A stretch of DNA of 63,900 bases, filler included, from Saprolegnia diclina VS20 (Eukaryota), in the NCBI RefSeq assembly GCF_000281045.1. It is 5 parts of 3 records of this genome, joined end to end, with 100 filler letters (N's around TTAATTAATTAA, not from the genome) between each part and the next. Parts side by side here need not be neighbours in the genome. Positions count along the whole stretch, not along the records: positions 45,370 to 56,826 come from NW_008246157.1; positions 56,927 to 62,631 come from NW_008246158.1; 3 more parts are not named here. One strand, given 5' to 3'. The notes beneath the pieces were generated by a model that ran no database searches, had not been told where the DNA came from, and saw only the letters and a list, made by a program, of their open reading frames with translations. A program made the position numbers and the translations under genes. This document shows, piece by piece, positions 48,301 through 60,308 of the stretch (its first letter is position 1; each line of letters starts with the position of its first letter).

Positions 48301-51300
48301 GTTCAACAAGGTACCCACCGTCTCCCTTTACCTTAGTAATTATCTTGACAATCGTATAGATGGGCGACTCCTTGGCGCATTTGGCCGTGCGGGCTCACGA
48401 CACGGAGACGCTTGCCTGCCTGATTGCGACGCCGGGCATTCATTTGGAGGAGCCAGATCTGGTATCGGGTTCAAAAACGCAACCACATGTGCTCATATGC
48501 GGCGGCTGCATAGGGCGGTCGATCTCCAATGGCCGTCGCCATCCAGCGCGGCTACCTCGACATGGCGAAGACGCTTTTTCGTCATTTGCACCAGCCTGTC
48601 CAGGAGGTTGGAGTCGCATCTCGGTCTGAAACTGACTCGTCCATTGCATTAGATCACGGGTGACGACTACGAAATGTCGACAGAGGAGCTCGGAGCAGGC
48701 GGCCAAGCGGTTGTGTATCGGGGCACGTATCAAGGGCGCAAGGTCGCCACCAAGAAGTCCAAGGGGTCCAAAGACGGTGCTGCGATGCTACGTGCTGAAG
48801 CCGACGCCATGACCAAGTCGCGTCACCCCCTGTCTTTGAGTATCTAACAGATGGTCGTAGGTGTCCGTCGCCGTACCTAGTGTCGCTACTCGCTGTGGCA
48901 GACCGCGCTTCGATGACGCCGGCGCTGCTACTCGACTACATGGACATGGGCACGCTGCGGGGTTATCTGGACCAGAAGCGGTGGCGGCAAGTGAGCGAGT
49001 TGCAGCTGACCAACCTCGAGGTGGCGTGGGTCGTGGCGAATGCGATGAAGGACTTGCATGCGCTTGGCATCGTTCACCGCGACATCAAGAGCGACAACGT
49101 CCTCTTGAGCTTGGACCACTACATCAAGCTCGGCGACTTGGGTATCGCCAAGGTGGCCGCCACCTACATGACGGACGGCCGCGGCACGGCGCGCTGGGCA
49201 GCCCCCGAAGTGTTACGCGTCGACGGTGAGCGCTACGGGATCAAAGCCGACGTCTACTCGTTTGGCGTGCTCTTGACGGAGCTGGACACGCTCCAGCTAC
49301 CGTACTATGACGCCACCGACTTGATGACTGACTATCAGATCAAGGAGGCGGTCCTCGCAGGTCGTCGACCGACGCTGACCGAGTCCTGCGAACCGTGGCT
49401 GCGTGAGCTTGCGACGCAGTGTCTCCACGAAGAACCCTCCAAGCGTCCAACGGCCGAGTTAATCGTCGGCATTCTCGGAAAACAAGTTGCCGACGGTGTG
49501 GCAGCTGCTGCTGGTGTACGTACTATCAAGGCGTCAATGTCGGTCGTCAGTTGTGCATTCCACTAGACTTTTGAGGCATATCAACGCGCCGTCGCCGTGA
49601 ATGACATTGCCTTGGTGCAAGCGCAGCTCGATAATGGTTTCGACCCCAATTCTACCGCCGAGGTATGCTGACTCTGGTGGTGCTTGGACCAACTACTATG
49701 ATACCAGCGTAACTCGCCGCCCCTGGCCCTGGCCGTGGACCGCGGCAGCGAAGACATTGCGGACCTCCTCCTTGACCACGGCGCAGTCGTCGACAAACGC
49801 TATGTACGTTGAAATATGGTTGCATGGAATTTGGTCATCACTTTGCTGTAGAATGGAGACACCGCGCTTCACATGGCTGCGAGAAAGGGGCACACCAAGC
49901 TCGTCGCACTACTACTCGATGCTGGCGCGGACGTCGATGCCTTGGACAAGGTGCGTACTTCATTGCAGAGGACCCATTTCGACTTCCACCTGGGCAGGAG
50001 AACTACACTGCACTATACTACGCGCTCACGTCGTGTGACGAGAGCCTTCTCCAGCTGCTATCGGATGCTGGTGCCAACAAACCTCTCGCGATGCAGGTAC
50101 ACATGTTCCTCGTCACCTTGCCATGGCTCAGCACTTCGTAGTGCATGTCGGGCCTGCACGGGTTCCCAATGGTTGACCACTCTGACGAAGAGGTGGCCAG
50201 AATGGTACCTACGGATGCCATATATTATCGCCGACATCGCATCGCATTAGGGCGTCGCGATGGCCGACATGCGCAACTGTCACCAATGCAGTGGCTTGCA
50301 CACGCTAGACGACGCGTGTCCCGACTGCGGCCACGACATGTCAATGCTGGACAAGATCAAGTGCGCCCTCCAACGCTGCATGACGCTGCACCACAGAGGG
50401 CTTCCGATCGAATGGACGCGCAGGTGCACCTCACGTGGCTGTGCCATGTTCTTGCTCGAGACGACGTGCCCAAGCTGCAAGATGCCGCAAAAGCCCATCA
50501 ACGACGTGGTCAAGATGCTGCTCATCCGTCTCCGGAAGGCGATGCAAGCAACGCCCGGCCATGCTAGCACACCAGTGCCAACCGCCGTCGTTGCGTGGCT
50601 ACGCTCTGTCAACGCTGCTGAGAAGCGCACGGCCAAGGCCACACGTGACGATGACAGCGCCAAGTACCGCCACTTCAAGGTACCACCCCCGCTTGTACGC
50701 AATGACAGGCCAACCCGTCCTGCATTGTAGGCTTTGGTCGGTGCGATCAAGGCTGGCAACTTGCCGATGCTAAAGGAGCTCCTGGCCAAACCCATCACGC
50801 CCTTGGAGCAGGATGCCGTACGCCAACTCTAATCGCACTGTACCACGACGGGTGTTTCGTTAGGCTGGCCATTCCGTCGCACATTACGCAGTGCAACAAA
50901 AGGACTTTGCGATGCTGGAGGCGTTGCTGTCATCGCCCCGTATCTCGTTTCACTGCACAAACATGGTTCGCTCCGCGCGTCATCAACCACGTCTTGGAGC
51001 TCACCTCTAGCGGGTAGGCCAACGAAATGCCTCTGACGGTGGCGATCAACGCTGGCGCGAGTGACATTGCTCGTTTCCTGTACAAGGGGCTCCAAATGCG
51101 CAACGATGTACGTTCTCTTACGATATGAATCGATCGGTAGAAACGGTGATGGAATAGGTGGAAGAGGGTGATGAAGACGCTTCCTTGTTGACACCTCGCC
51201 CCGCTCTCCGTGCCATTCTCATATGCTTCTTATAGTTCGCCTTTTGTGCTGATGGAGCATCCCGTGCCCATGTTGCACGACAACATTCTCCGCTACAAGC

Positions 51301-52691
51301 TGAGCAAGCTGGCACCGGGGTCGCAGCTTGAAGCATGGCCGTCCAAGCTTCAAATTGCATATGTGGCTGCCAATGCGCTCGCAGACCTCCACGAAGGGGG
51401 ACTCGACCACGGCTGCTTCTCGAGTTTTAGTCTCTACATGGAAGCAAACTCCAACCACGACGTACTGGGAGCCCCGTGCTCGGGCCCGATTCACGTCCTC
51501 TGGCCAGGCTTTGTGCCGGCCCACGAGTCGTTGACGCCGTGGGCGGCCCCCGAAATCTGCAACGGGTCCGTGTCAGCGTCGCAGGAATCCGATGTATACG
51601 CGCTTGGCGTTCTCCTTGTGGAGCTCGATACGCTCGCTTTGCCGTCGACCAGCCTCGGGCAACTTCGGGACGACTGCGAGCACTGGTACGCTAGTATCGT
51701 TGCCCGCTGCCTGGCCGTGGACCCGACAATGCGAATGTCGGCTGCCGATGTCGTGGCAGCGCTCCAGCCCCACATGGACGCGGCTGCACGACAGACCGAG
51801 GTTGCCGATTTATGACTCACCAAAACCGTGCGCTTCATATCGATGTAGATGTTGGAGGCCTTTAAAGAGGCAGGGTTGCAACGTCAGCTTCAGGTCGCAA
51901 CACAGCTACTCGACGACGTGCTCGACCCCAACGCAGTCCTGACACGCGTAAGCCTCGCGCATCTCGTCGCCATTGCAGTGTCGTTCTGTAGACGGGTGAA
52001 AGCGTGCTCGGCGCGGCCACCTTGTCGGCAAGCCCCGAGTTGGTGCGCTCCGTGCTGGACAAAGGTGCCACGGTGAACAAACGACTGGTGAGCTCATGGC
52101 GTCGGTCGACACCCTCTTCTCAACTACGTACAGAGAGGCGGGGGCTCAGCTCTCTTTGCTGCCACGAGCACCATGTTTAACCACAAGGTCGTCGCGTACT
52201 TGATCGAGGCAGGCGCAGATGTGCACGCGACGGACGTGGTACGCTGTCGAACGACGTCGTCCTTGGCTCACCCTGAGCGTAGCGAGGCGAGACGCCACTT
52301 TTTTACGCTGTGCGCGTTGGTTTGGCTGAAGTCGTGAGCGCAATCGCCGATGCAGATGCGACGACGGTGCTGGCGCGGACCAAGGTGCGTCGCCACCCAT
52401 CGATGTGTCATGTGCGACCTTGTTGGTCAGGACGGCGCGTCGGTCCTCGACGTCGCGCGCCGACAGCCCCAAGACTTCCGACAAACAGCGACTATTGTGT
52501 CTTTGCTCGAGGACGCCGAGCGTTGGTATGCTATGCTTCTGGCTCGAGGCTTGCCGATGAAGACAGCACGACGATGCCCCGACTGCAGGACGCCCTTGTC
52601 ACCCTACGACATGCAGTGCCCCGAGACGACGTGCCAAGATGCCCAGTCGATTCAGTCGATGCTTTCCGCGATGCGTGCGCCGCTGACGTAG
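45370..52691 (+). CDS. Giant ankyrin / tandem-kinase protein G (5' end in gap): ANK-kinase-ANKx13-kinase-ANKx4-double Zn-ribbon-ANKx3-pseudokinase-ANKx5-Zn-ribbon
   Basis: Same exon-per-repeat structure as gene F. Kinase 1 (~45656-46425): HRDIKTDN, DVG. Kinase 2 (~48652-49490): HRDIKSDN, DLG. Zn ribbons ~50278-50545. Pseudokinase (~51236-51790): HGCFSSFS, N-lobe apparently missing. Terminal CPDC..CPETTC precedes the TAG at 52689-52691. Confidence 0.78.
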
Positions 52692-53149
52692 TATCACTCC
52701 GCAATATAACGAAATGTGGTCGGCCTTTGTTATACTTTTCGAGTTTGCGTGATACCGTTTGGGAAGAGTCATCTTCGAGTGGACGATGCTACTCAATGCT
52801 CAGCAGTTGCCTTCTCAAGTATCCTGTGTACTTGTTCCAGTACTAAGGATGCCATGAGCTATACCATGTCACAGCGTACTGCCAGATGTCACAGAGCCGG
52901 TCTGTGTGCTTGCGTGTTGGTCTTCTGTTTACGTGTAGTCTGTTTATCAGGAGCTGCCACGTTTATCTGGCGCTCGATGAAGTCGCCTTGGTGGTTCTTG
53001 GCTCAAAAGTTGCAAGTGACGATCGCTCAGGCAGAGAGCTGTACACGCAGTTGGAACCCAAACAGCTCGTCGCTATTGCAATAGTTTAGGTGTCACGTCC
53101 ACCTCGGCAGAGACGTTGACACCCGGTTTGACAATCGTTGATGACAGCA

Positions 53150-54800
53150 CATTTCTATTTGCGAACAATTGCAAGAGTATGAGTGTACGTTTACGCGTGA
53201 GGCTGCGATGCCACAGAGCTGTCTCTACAACCTGTTGACGGCATCACGATGGCTTCGTGGCTCCTCTCGCCCGACACCAACAGCCCCGTCGAGAGCCTCG
53301 TACGTCGTCGTCCAGTGGCGTGCGTGATCGTGACGGCGCTGCCGACGCAGTTGGACGGGAAGAAGTAAACGAACGTTGCCAAGGTACCAGGCGGTGGCTC
53401 CGTTGTCGGTGTCAACGTTGAAGCATCACCAATCACGTCGACTGCAAAATGTGCCAGCGTCATTTTGAACTCGAGATTGCAGTTACCGCAAACTTGCGCA
53501 ATGCCGAGTTGCCCGATGTTGTGTAGTCAGCGGTATCGTGGAAGTCGCGGAGGATGACGTTGTTGGCTGGGACGCGGCTGTGTATCACGCCGCGAACGAC
53601 CTCGACGACTGCGACTGCGGTCGAACGCACTTCGATGGAATCGCGCGCCACAGCATCCACCCGACGGCGCGCAAGAAAGACACGGCTTCATTGACCAGCA
53701 CAAGAAACACACCGTCCTGTATGCACAGATTGATCGAAGACGACAGCGACCAACTCGATACAGACATGGGTAAATATTGACCCATGTACAGAGCACTGTA
53801 AAAAGTGCAGCGGCTTGGGTACACTTGATTGACACTCACTGCACTCCGCAGATTTTGACGACAGGGTATACAACTGCGTCGTGACCCCGCATGCAAGTAT
53901 TGTTTGCATGCAGCCTCGTGGGTTCGAGGTGGGTTCGAGGTGCAGCGTCGCCTTGCCAGCATGTGCCGAATATAGGCGCTGATTTGGCACCTCATGAACG
54001 GCATGTGCCACCCCAATGCCACCCGTGGGTGATACAATTTCCAAGTCATAAAAAAGGTTTTCGCAAAATAATTTCTCCATTTTTAGCCAATCCGAGAGGG
54101 CGGAGATGCCACCGCGCTGCCACGACGCTGATGACCGCCGATATCGTGTCAGAAAATGAAATCGCCGAGGCTTTGGCAGGCGATAGAAGACGCTCCGGGG
54201 AGTGCATCGCGTCATGCCTAGTCGTCGTACGAGGGCTACAGCCAGAGGAATTGACAGTTTTATTAAAGGTGGCATGCGCCGTATTTTGCCACAAATAACC
54301 ACGTGTTGTCGCTCATCATGGAATTCAATTAACGGCAGCCGGCTTGCCACTTGGTCACGCCGCCGATGGGCGCCCGATCGCGTCGCTGCAGCCTGACTGC
54401 GCGCGCCTCGTCCTGCGCTTCATGGACGCGTCGAGACATGATCGGCTTCTTGCACCCGCTGGCGGCGCACAGCCTCGACGCTGGCCACCGTCCTCGAGCT
54501 CGCAGGCTTTCTGCCGCTGGGCGACGTCTGGCCCGCGCTGCACCTGCGCACGCTCGAGCGAGTCATGGGCGCGCTACCTCTCTACAATGCACGTGCATGA
54601 TGCCGCCACATGCACGCCTCTGACACGCACAACCTGGTGGTGCACCAGTCTCTGGAGCAGAGCACCGCCGCTGGAGGCTGCTCCCACTTCCATCGAGTGC
54701 AACGCCAGTACGTCAATGACGACGACGCTCAAGCTCGTAGGCACTAGGGCGTTGAAGTACAGTGGTCGTGCCTCTCTTTGATACACATAAGTTGTTGACG
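53150..54800 (+). pseudogene. Decayed 2OG-Fe(II) oxygenase-like copy with an internal inversion (~53281-53577)
   Basis: + strand PVDGITMASWLLSPDT and AVYHAANDLD flank a minus-strand block RVPANNVIL...LAHFAVDVIGDAS...TFVYFFPSNCVG...WTTTYEALDG. All pieces match gene 55036. The outer limits are approximate. Confidence 0.7.
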
Positions 54801-55035
54801 CAAGCGACGACCCATGCCGCAGCACCGTCTACGAATCGCCCATATTATCACATCTGGAAAAGCCCATCATCCATCACTCATGGGCTTTCATGATGCGCAT
54901 GAGTGATAGTCCAACACATGTACAGAGAGGCGGTTTGCAACGTCGCATTACACATTGGCAGAGACGATACCATGTGATTGCATCATCTTGCAAATTCCAA
55001 GAGCGTTGAAAGGCGCACAACTACATTTGCTTCGG

Positions 55036-56826
55036 ATGAGTGACGACGAGGACAAGACCAGTCTGCAGACGATTGCGCGTGATATTGCGAGGGTCCACTG
55101 CTGCCTAAGCAAGCCTAACGCCAGGTGCAGCCCCACCGTCAAGCTCGATGACCTCACCGTTGCTTCGTGGCCTCTCTCGACCGAGACCGTGGCAGCGCTC
55201 ATGACCACGTACCCCGAGCGTGTGCCGGCCAAGGACGTCACGATCCACAACAGTTCTCACTTTCTCCGTGGTGATTTTTTTTGCGAATGTGACCTGCTCG
55301 GCGAGCTGGATCCCGCGCCAGACGATTCCAATTACTTCTCGATGGCGTACAACACGAGGCTGGCGCATTTTGCGATCGACTTGACCGGCGACGCATCCAA
55401 GTTGAAGCCAGCAACCCGACCACCACGCTACACGTTTGCCACGGTTGTCTACTTCTTCCCGTCCAAGTGCGTCGGTGGCGCCGTCACCATCTCGGACAAC
55501 GACTGGACGACGACGTTCGAGGCCGTCGACGGGTGCTTTCTCTCGTTCTACAGCACGTGTGACGTGACGGTGGCGCCCATCACGTCCGGACACCGGGCTT
55601 GTGCTGTGTATCACGCTGCGTACGACTTGGAAGAATCGGGGTGGCACAGCAAAGTGCCCAAGGCTTGGTACGCGCCGCGGCCGCTGCCGTCGGTCCAAGT
55701 CCTCCAAGACGTTGCTTGCCAATACGATCCGGAGGGCTACATTGGCGTCGCGATCTACCTTGAGTCACCCAGCTTGACGCCGACGTTTGATTCGCTCACG
55801 GGTCGTGACAAGGCGATCGTCGATCGGCTGGTGGCCACGGACGTCTTTGACATTGTATTTGAACGGCCGACCCAAGACGACAAGAAAGTCACCGAGCCCA
55901 TTCCGCCGCTGCCCGAGACGTTCCACCCATTGTGTGCGACACCGGCGCTCGTCCAAGAGATCTACCACCAGTCGCCAATCAAGGAGTTTGCAGACGTCTC
56001 CGAGGCGCGTGGCAAGGTTTACTTCGGGTGGCCCATTGAGAGCGACGGGATAAAAGTGCATGGCTGCTTTCTCCTCGTGTGGCCCAAAGCGGCGCGCGTG
56101 CACATTCTGGGCTACAACCGCTTGATGTCGGTCTTGCGTGCCAACTTGGACGGTGATATGACCGACGACCTCGGCTTCGGATCGCTCGACGGCGCCTTGA
56201 CAGCTGCCTTCCGGTACTTTTACCCCGAGGACAACTACGGTTCAGGCCCCGACCAAATCACGTCCGCGATGGCGTCCTTGCTCTACGACCACGGTGACGT
56301 GGAGCTCATCGAGGCGTTTCTGGACGTACACGACCAGTGGGCCGACGATAAGGACATGGCAAAGTGGATTGTTGCTGTGATTCGACGCTTTGGCGGCGCC
56401 CGGTTCCAGCATCGACTTCAAACGGCCGACATCACGATCGAATTCGCTGCTCATTTGGTGCACCTCGCGACCACCGGCGACGCCGTCGCGCACTCGATCG
56501 CGCGTGTCTGCATCCCGCTGTGGTGGCCACGTCTCTTGTCGACCCTCCGCAAGACCCACCGCGACTTGCCCCAGCAAGTCCGCCGAATGTTTGACATCGA
56601 AACGTACATGCTTATGCACCCCATCGACACGGCGGCATCGACGTATCTTGGTTTGCACTTGCCCGAGGTGCTCGTGCGCAAAGTGGCCGCGTACCTTGTC
56701 GCACCGCCCGTGTCGCTTGCGGACGCCTTGCGAGGCTCTGTTCACCTCGCTGGCTACCTCCCTGCTGCCCTGTGGCCGCATCGAAACACGCTAAGTCGTG
56801 CGCGCGCGGTATCGTGCATTGCGGTG
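55036..56826 (+). CDS. 2OG-Fe(II) oxygenase-like family protein (3' end in gap)
   Basis: Open ORF of more than 590 aa with LAHFAIDLTG, TFATVVYFFPSKCVGGAVTI, APITSGHRACAVY and LTGRDKAIV. Paralogous to the 41560 gene. Confidence 0.72.
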
Positions 56827-56926
56827 NNNNNNNNNNNNNNNNNNNNNNNNNNNNNNNNNNNNNNNNNNNNTTAATTAATTAANNNNNNNNNNNNNNNNNN
56901 NNNNNNNNNNNNNNNNNNNNNNNNNN
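56827..56926. other. Assembly spacer (N-run with TTAATTAATTAA)
   Basis: TTAATTAATTAA at 56871-56882 within Ns. Confidence 0.95.
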
Positions 56927-57437
56927 AACCCGACTTGCATCAAGCCCGAGATCTTGTCCAAGGTGGCTTCCAGCACGGCCGTCTCAAAGCCTTGTTCCTT
57001 GGCAAACCGCTGCTGCTCGCTACCGATGCTGAGGTGCTGGCCGAGCGGCGACTCGGCGAGCTGCTTGATCGTCGCCATCTAGCATTTAGGCGTGGAGTAT
57101 ATGTATGTTTCGTCAGTTCTACCATGCGCTCGATGGGGTTGAGGACGATGATGCGGGCGACGTGGACGAACGAGAGCGACGCAATGACGAGGACGCCGAG
57201 GATAAACACTGTGCGGTAGATGCTCGAGATGGCCGTGGCTTTGGCCACTGTGGCAATGTCAAACCAAACGACCGACTGACACGCCAAGGACGAGAGCACG
57301 GGGTCGGCGACGATGTCCGAGCCGTTCCACGCTGCAAAGCAGCCCGTGGATGTGATCGACCGGAGCTCGTTGACGCGGTACATGTCGAGGACGGCGGCTT
57401 GTGTCGGCAGAATTTTGGCCATCTGCGCCGTCGAGAC
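56927..57437. repeat. 511-bp apparently identical copy of 57967-58477 across an N-gap (probable assembly artefact)
   Basis: Both copies begin AACCCGACTTGCAT immediately after Ns, match base for base by eye, and are offset by 1040 bp. Confidence 0.9.
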
Positions 57438-57966
57438 NNNNNNNNNNNNNNNNNNNNNNNNNNNNNNNNNNNNNNNNNNNNNNNNNNNNNNNNNNNNNNN
57501 NNNNNNNNNNNNNNNNNNNNNNNNNNNNNNNNNNNNNNNNNNNNNNNNNNNNNNNNNNNNNNNNNNNNNNNNNNNNNNNNNNNNNNNNNNNNNNNNNNNN
57601 NNNNNNNNNNNNNNNNNNNNNNNNNNNNNNNNNNNNNNNNNNNNNNNNNNNNNNNNNNNNNNNNNNNNNNNNNNNNNNNNNNNNNNNNNNNNNNNNNNNN
57701 NNNNNNNNNNNNNNNNNNNNNNNNNNNNNNNNNNNNNNNNNNNNNNNNNNNNNNNNNNNNNNNNNNNNNNNNNNNNNNNNNNNNNNNNNNNNNNNNNNNN
57801 NNNNNNNNNNNNNNNNNNNNNNNNNNNNNNNNNNNNNNNNNNNNNNNNNNNNNNNNNNNNNNNNNNNNNNNNNNNNNNNNNNNNNNNNNNNNNNNNNNNN
57901 NNNNNNNNNNNNNNNNNNNNNNNNNNNNNNNNNNNNNNNNNNNNNNNNNNNNNNNNNNNNNNNNNN

Positions 57967-59521
57967 AACCCGACTTGCATCAAGCCCGAGATCTTGTCCA
58001 AGGTGGCTTCCAGCACGGCCGTCTCAAAGCCTTGTTCCTTGGCAAACCGCTGCTGCTCGCTACCGATGCTGAGGTGCTGGCCGAGCGGCGACTCGGCGAG
58101 CTGCTTGATCGTCGCCATCTAGCATTTAGGCGTGGAGTATATGTATGTTTCGTCAGTTCTACCATGCGCTCGATGGGGTTGAGGACGATGATGCGGGCGA
58201 CGTGGACGAACGAGAGCGACGCAATGACGAGGACGCCGAGGATAAACACTGTGCGGTAGATGCTCGAGATGGCCGTGGCTTTGGCCACTGTGGCAATGTC
58301 AAACCAAACGACCGACTGACACGCCAAGGACGAGAGCACGGGGTCGGCGACGATGTCCGAGCCGTTCCACGCTGCAAAGCAGCCCGTGGATGTGATCGAC
58401 CGGAGCTCGTTGACGCGGTACATGTCGAGGACGGCGGCTTGTGTCGGCAGAATTTTGGCCATCTGCGCCGTCGAGACCTCCGTCTTTGGAAACGAAAACG
58501 AGGTAAAGAGCCGGCCGAGCTTGTCGCCAGTGATGTTGTGGAGCGTGAGGTACACGACGTCGTCGGTCGTGTAGTAAAACCAGCTCTACACATTTATGAA
58601 TAGAACAACCGTAGTAACACAGAGTACCCCAAAGGTGTTGAGAAAGATGGGCTGAGTCGAGACATCGGCCGGCGTTGTCGACATTTGGTGGATCAAGTCA
58701 AAGCCACGCGACTCAAAGAGGTTGAAGGGCTCGTTGTAGCCGCCGTCAAAAGCCGGGAGCACAAAGCAGAGGAAGAGCACGATCATGACAACGCGGCGGG
58801 TGGTCATTTCCGCCATGCGTCCGCCGGTCTTGCTCTCGACGATGACGAGGTCCGACTCTTCCGTGCTGTGCTTCCACTTGATGAGCTTGACGATGCGGAC
58901 GAGTCGGATGACGCGGACGACGCGGACGATGCGCCCGGCCTTGGCGCCTGCTTGCGAGACGCTCGAGACCGTCTCGGCGTCGGTCAGCGGGTTCCAAATG
59001 AACCCAATGTCGGGCAGAAGCGAAAAGGTTGCGAGAACGTCGAGGTAAAAGTAGAACGAGAGGAGGTAGTCGTGTTTGCAGCGGCACGAGAGGCCAAACT
59101 CGACGAGGAAGAGGAGAAGACAGAGGAACGCAACGACGTAGAAGCCCATGTCGGCGCTCTTGCTGAAGAAGGCAGCTCGAAAGTCATCGGCAAAGAGGCA
59201 GTAGAGCGTGATGAAACTCATCAAAGCGGCGTACGACTTGTTTTCGAGGAGCGCCATGCCGCGGCGCTGAAAGGCGGTGATGGGCGCGATCGTGCCTTCC
59301 GGGTGCACCTTGGACTTGCTTTGGTTGGGCAACAGCCGGTGCGTCGTGCCCTTGGGCGTGAGGTTGACGACGGTACCGGACATGGCCATCGTCGGCAGTG
59401 CCTTTGTGAGCGAGTTGGTGTTGCGAGTGGGCGCGCGTGCGATCCTGTCGGGTTGGTTGTCGGGGGAGATCTTGCGCATCGCCAGATCCGCAGTTGAGGG
59501 AGCAGTTTCGTGCCCCAGCAT
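57967..59521 (-). CDS. Ion-channel-domain / adenylyl cyclase fusion protein, N-terminal part (catalytic domain lost in gap)
   Basis: S1-S3 TM helices (LYCLFADDFR; FLVEFGLSC; FYFYLDVLATFSLL) and an S4 voltage-sensor pattern AGRIVRVVRVIRLVRIVKL. These are followed by VLNPIERM|MATIKQLAESPL...ETAVLEATLDKISGLMQVG, the linker preceding the cyclase domain in ciliate/apicomplexan-type channel-ACs. Intron at 58627-58586. Confidence 0.75.
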
Positions 59522-60308
59522 TCAAAAAGCAATCTAAATTGGGAAAGGCGCCAACGATTCTATATTCAAATATCCGGTTGTACCGGTTTCGAAAACAGGT
59601 CCCTTCCGGGGTGAGCTGGTAGGAACTTTTGTATTGAATGCGAAGCGTTGATTAACGGTATTGCGACGACGCTTGCTGCGGTCTTCGCGCGCTTCTGCAA
59701 TCGCACCTAACTGGAAAGTTGCGTGAATTTCGGTTAAGTACGCAGGCGCACTTCAGCGCAATTGTTTTACTTTAATCAACTATAACGTCCGGGGATGTGA
59801 CAGCACTTAACAGGGACTATCAAATCGCACTTTACGGGACAGGTTTCGCGCGATGCGATTGGCTTAGACCAATGCAACTGCGTTGCATTTGCCAAAATGG
59901 CTTGAATTATAGCCAATGGGTTGGCCAGAAAATACGAATTAATCCCCTGGGATGCTGGTACACCACGTAAACGTTCCTACCAGGAAAATGGCTCTTGAGT
60001 TTGAGTTGAAGATTTTTTAGTTTAGCCAGTCCCCGCTCCCAGCTCTTCATCGAGCCGAATACAAGGTGCGTCAGCAAAGAAAACATACCCTCCTACCCCC
60101 AAGTGCAATGGCCAGCGCGGTGACGCCATCGTTGGCGAGACTATTCCGCAGGCTTCGCTGGGCATCTCAAAAGAACACGATTTCACTATTTCAGGTTGAT
60201 ATTGCACACTCTATTTCTCTTCATACACTATTGTGCAAGTCATTAGGACACTATTCACGTGAAATCCATCGATTTGGATACTAATTGCGGTGGCGAGCAT
60301 TCGACAAG

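Noticed and set aside
56927..58477. 511-bp direct repeat that could suggest LTRs or a segmental duplication
   Set aside because: Both copies start exactly at contig edges, flank an N-gap, appear identical and are internal to a cyclase gene, so this is an assembly overlap.
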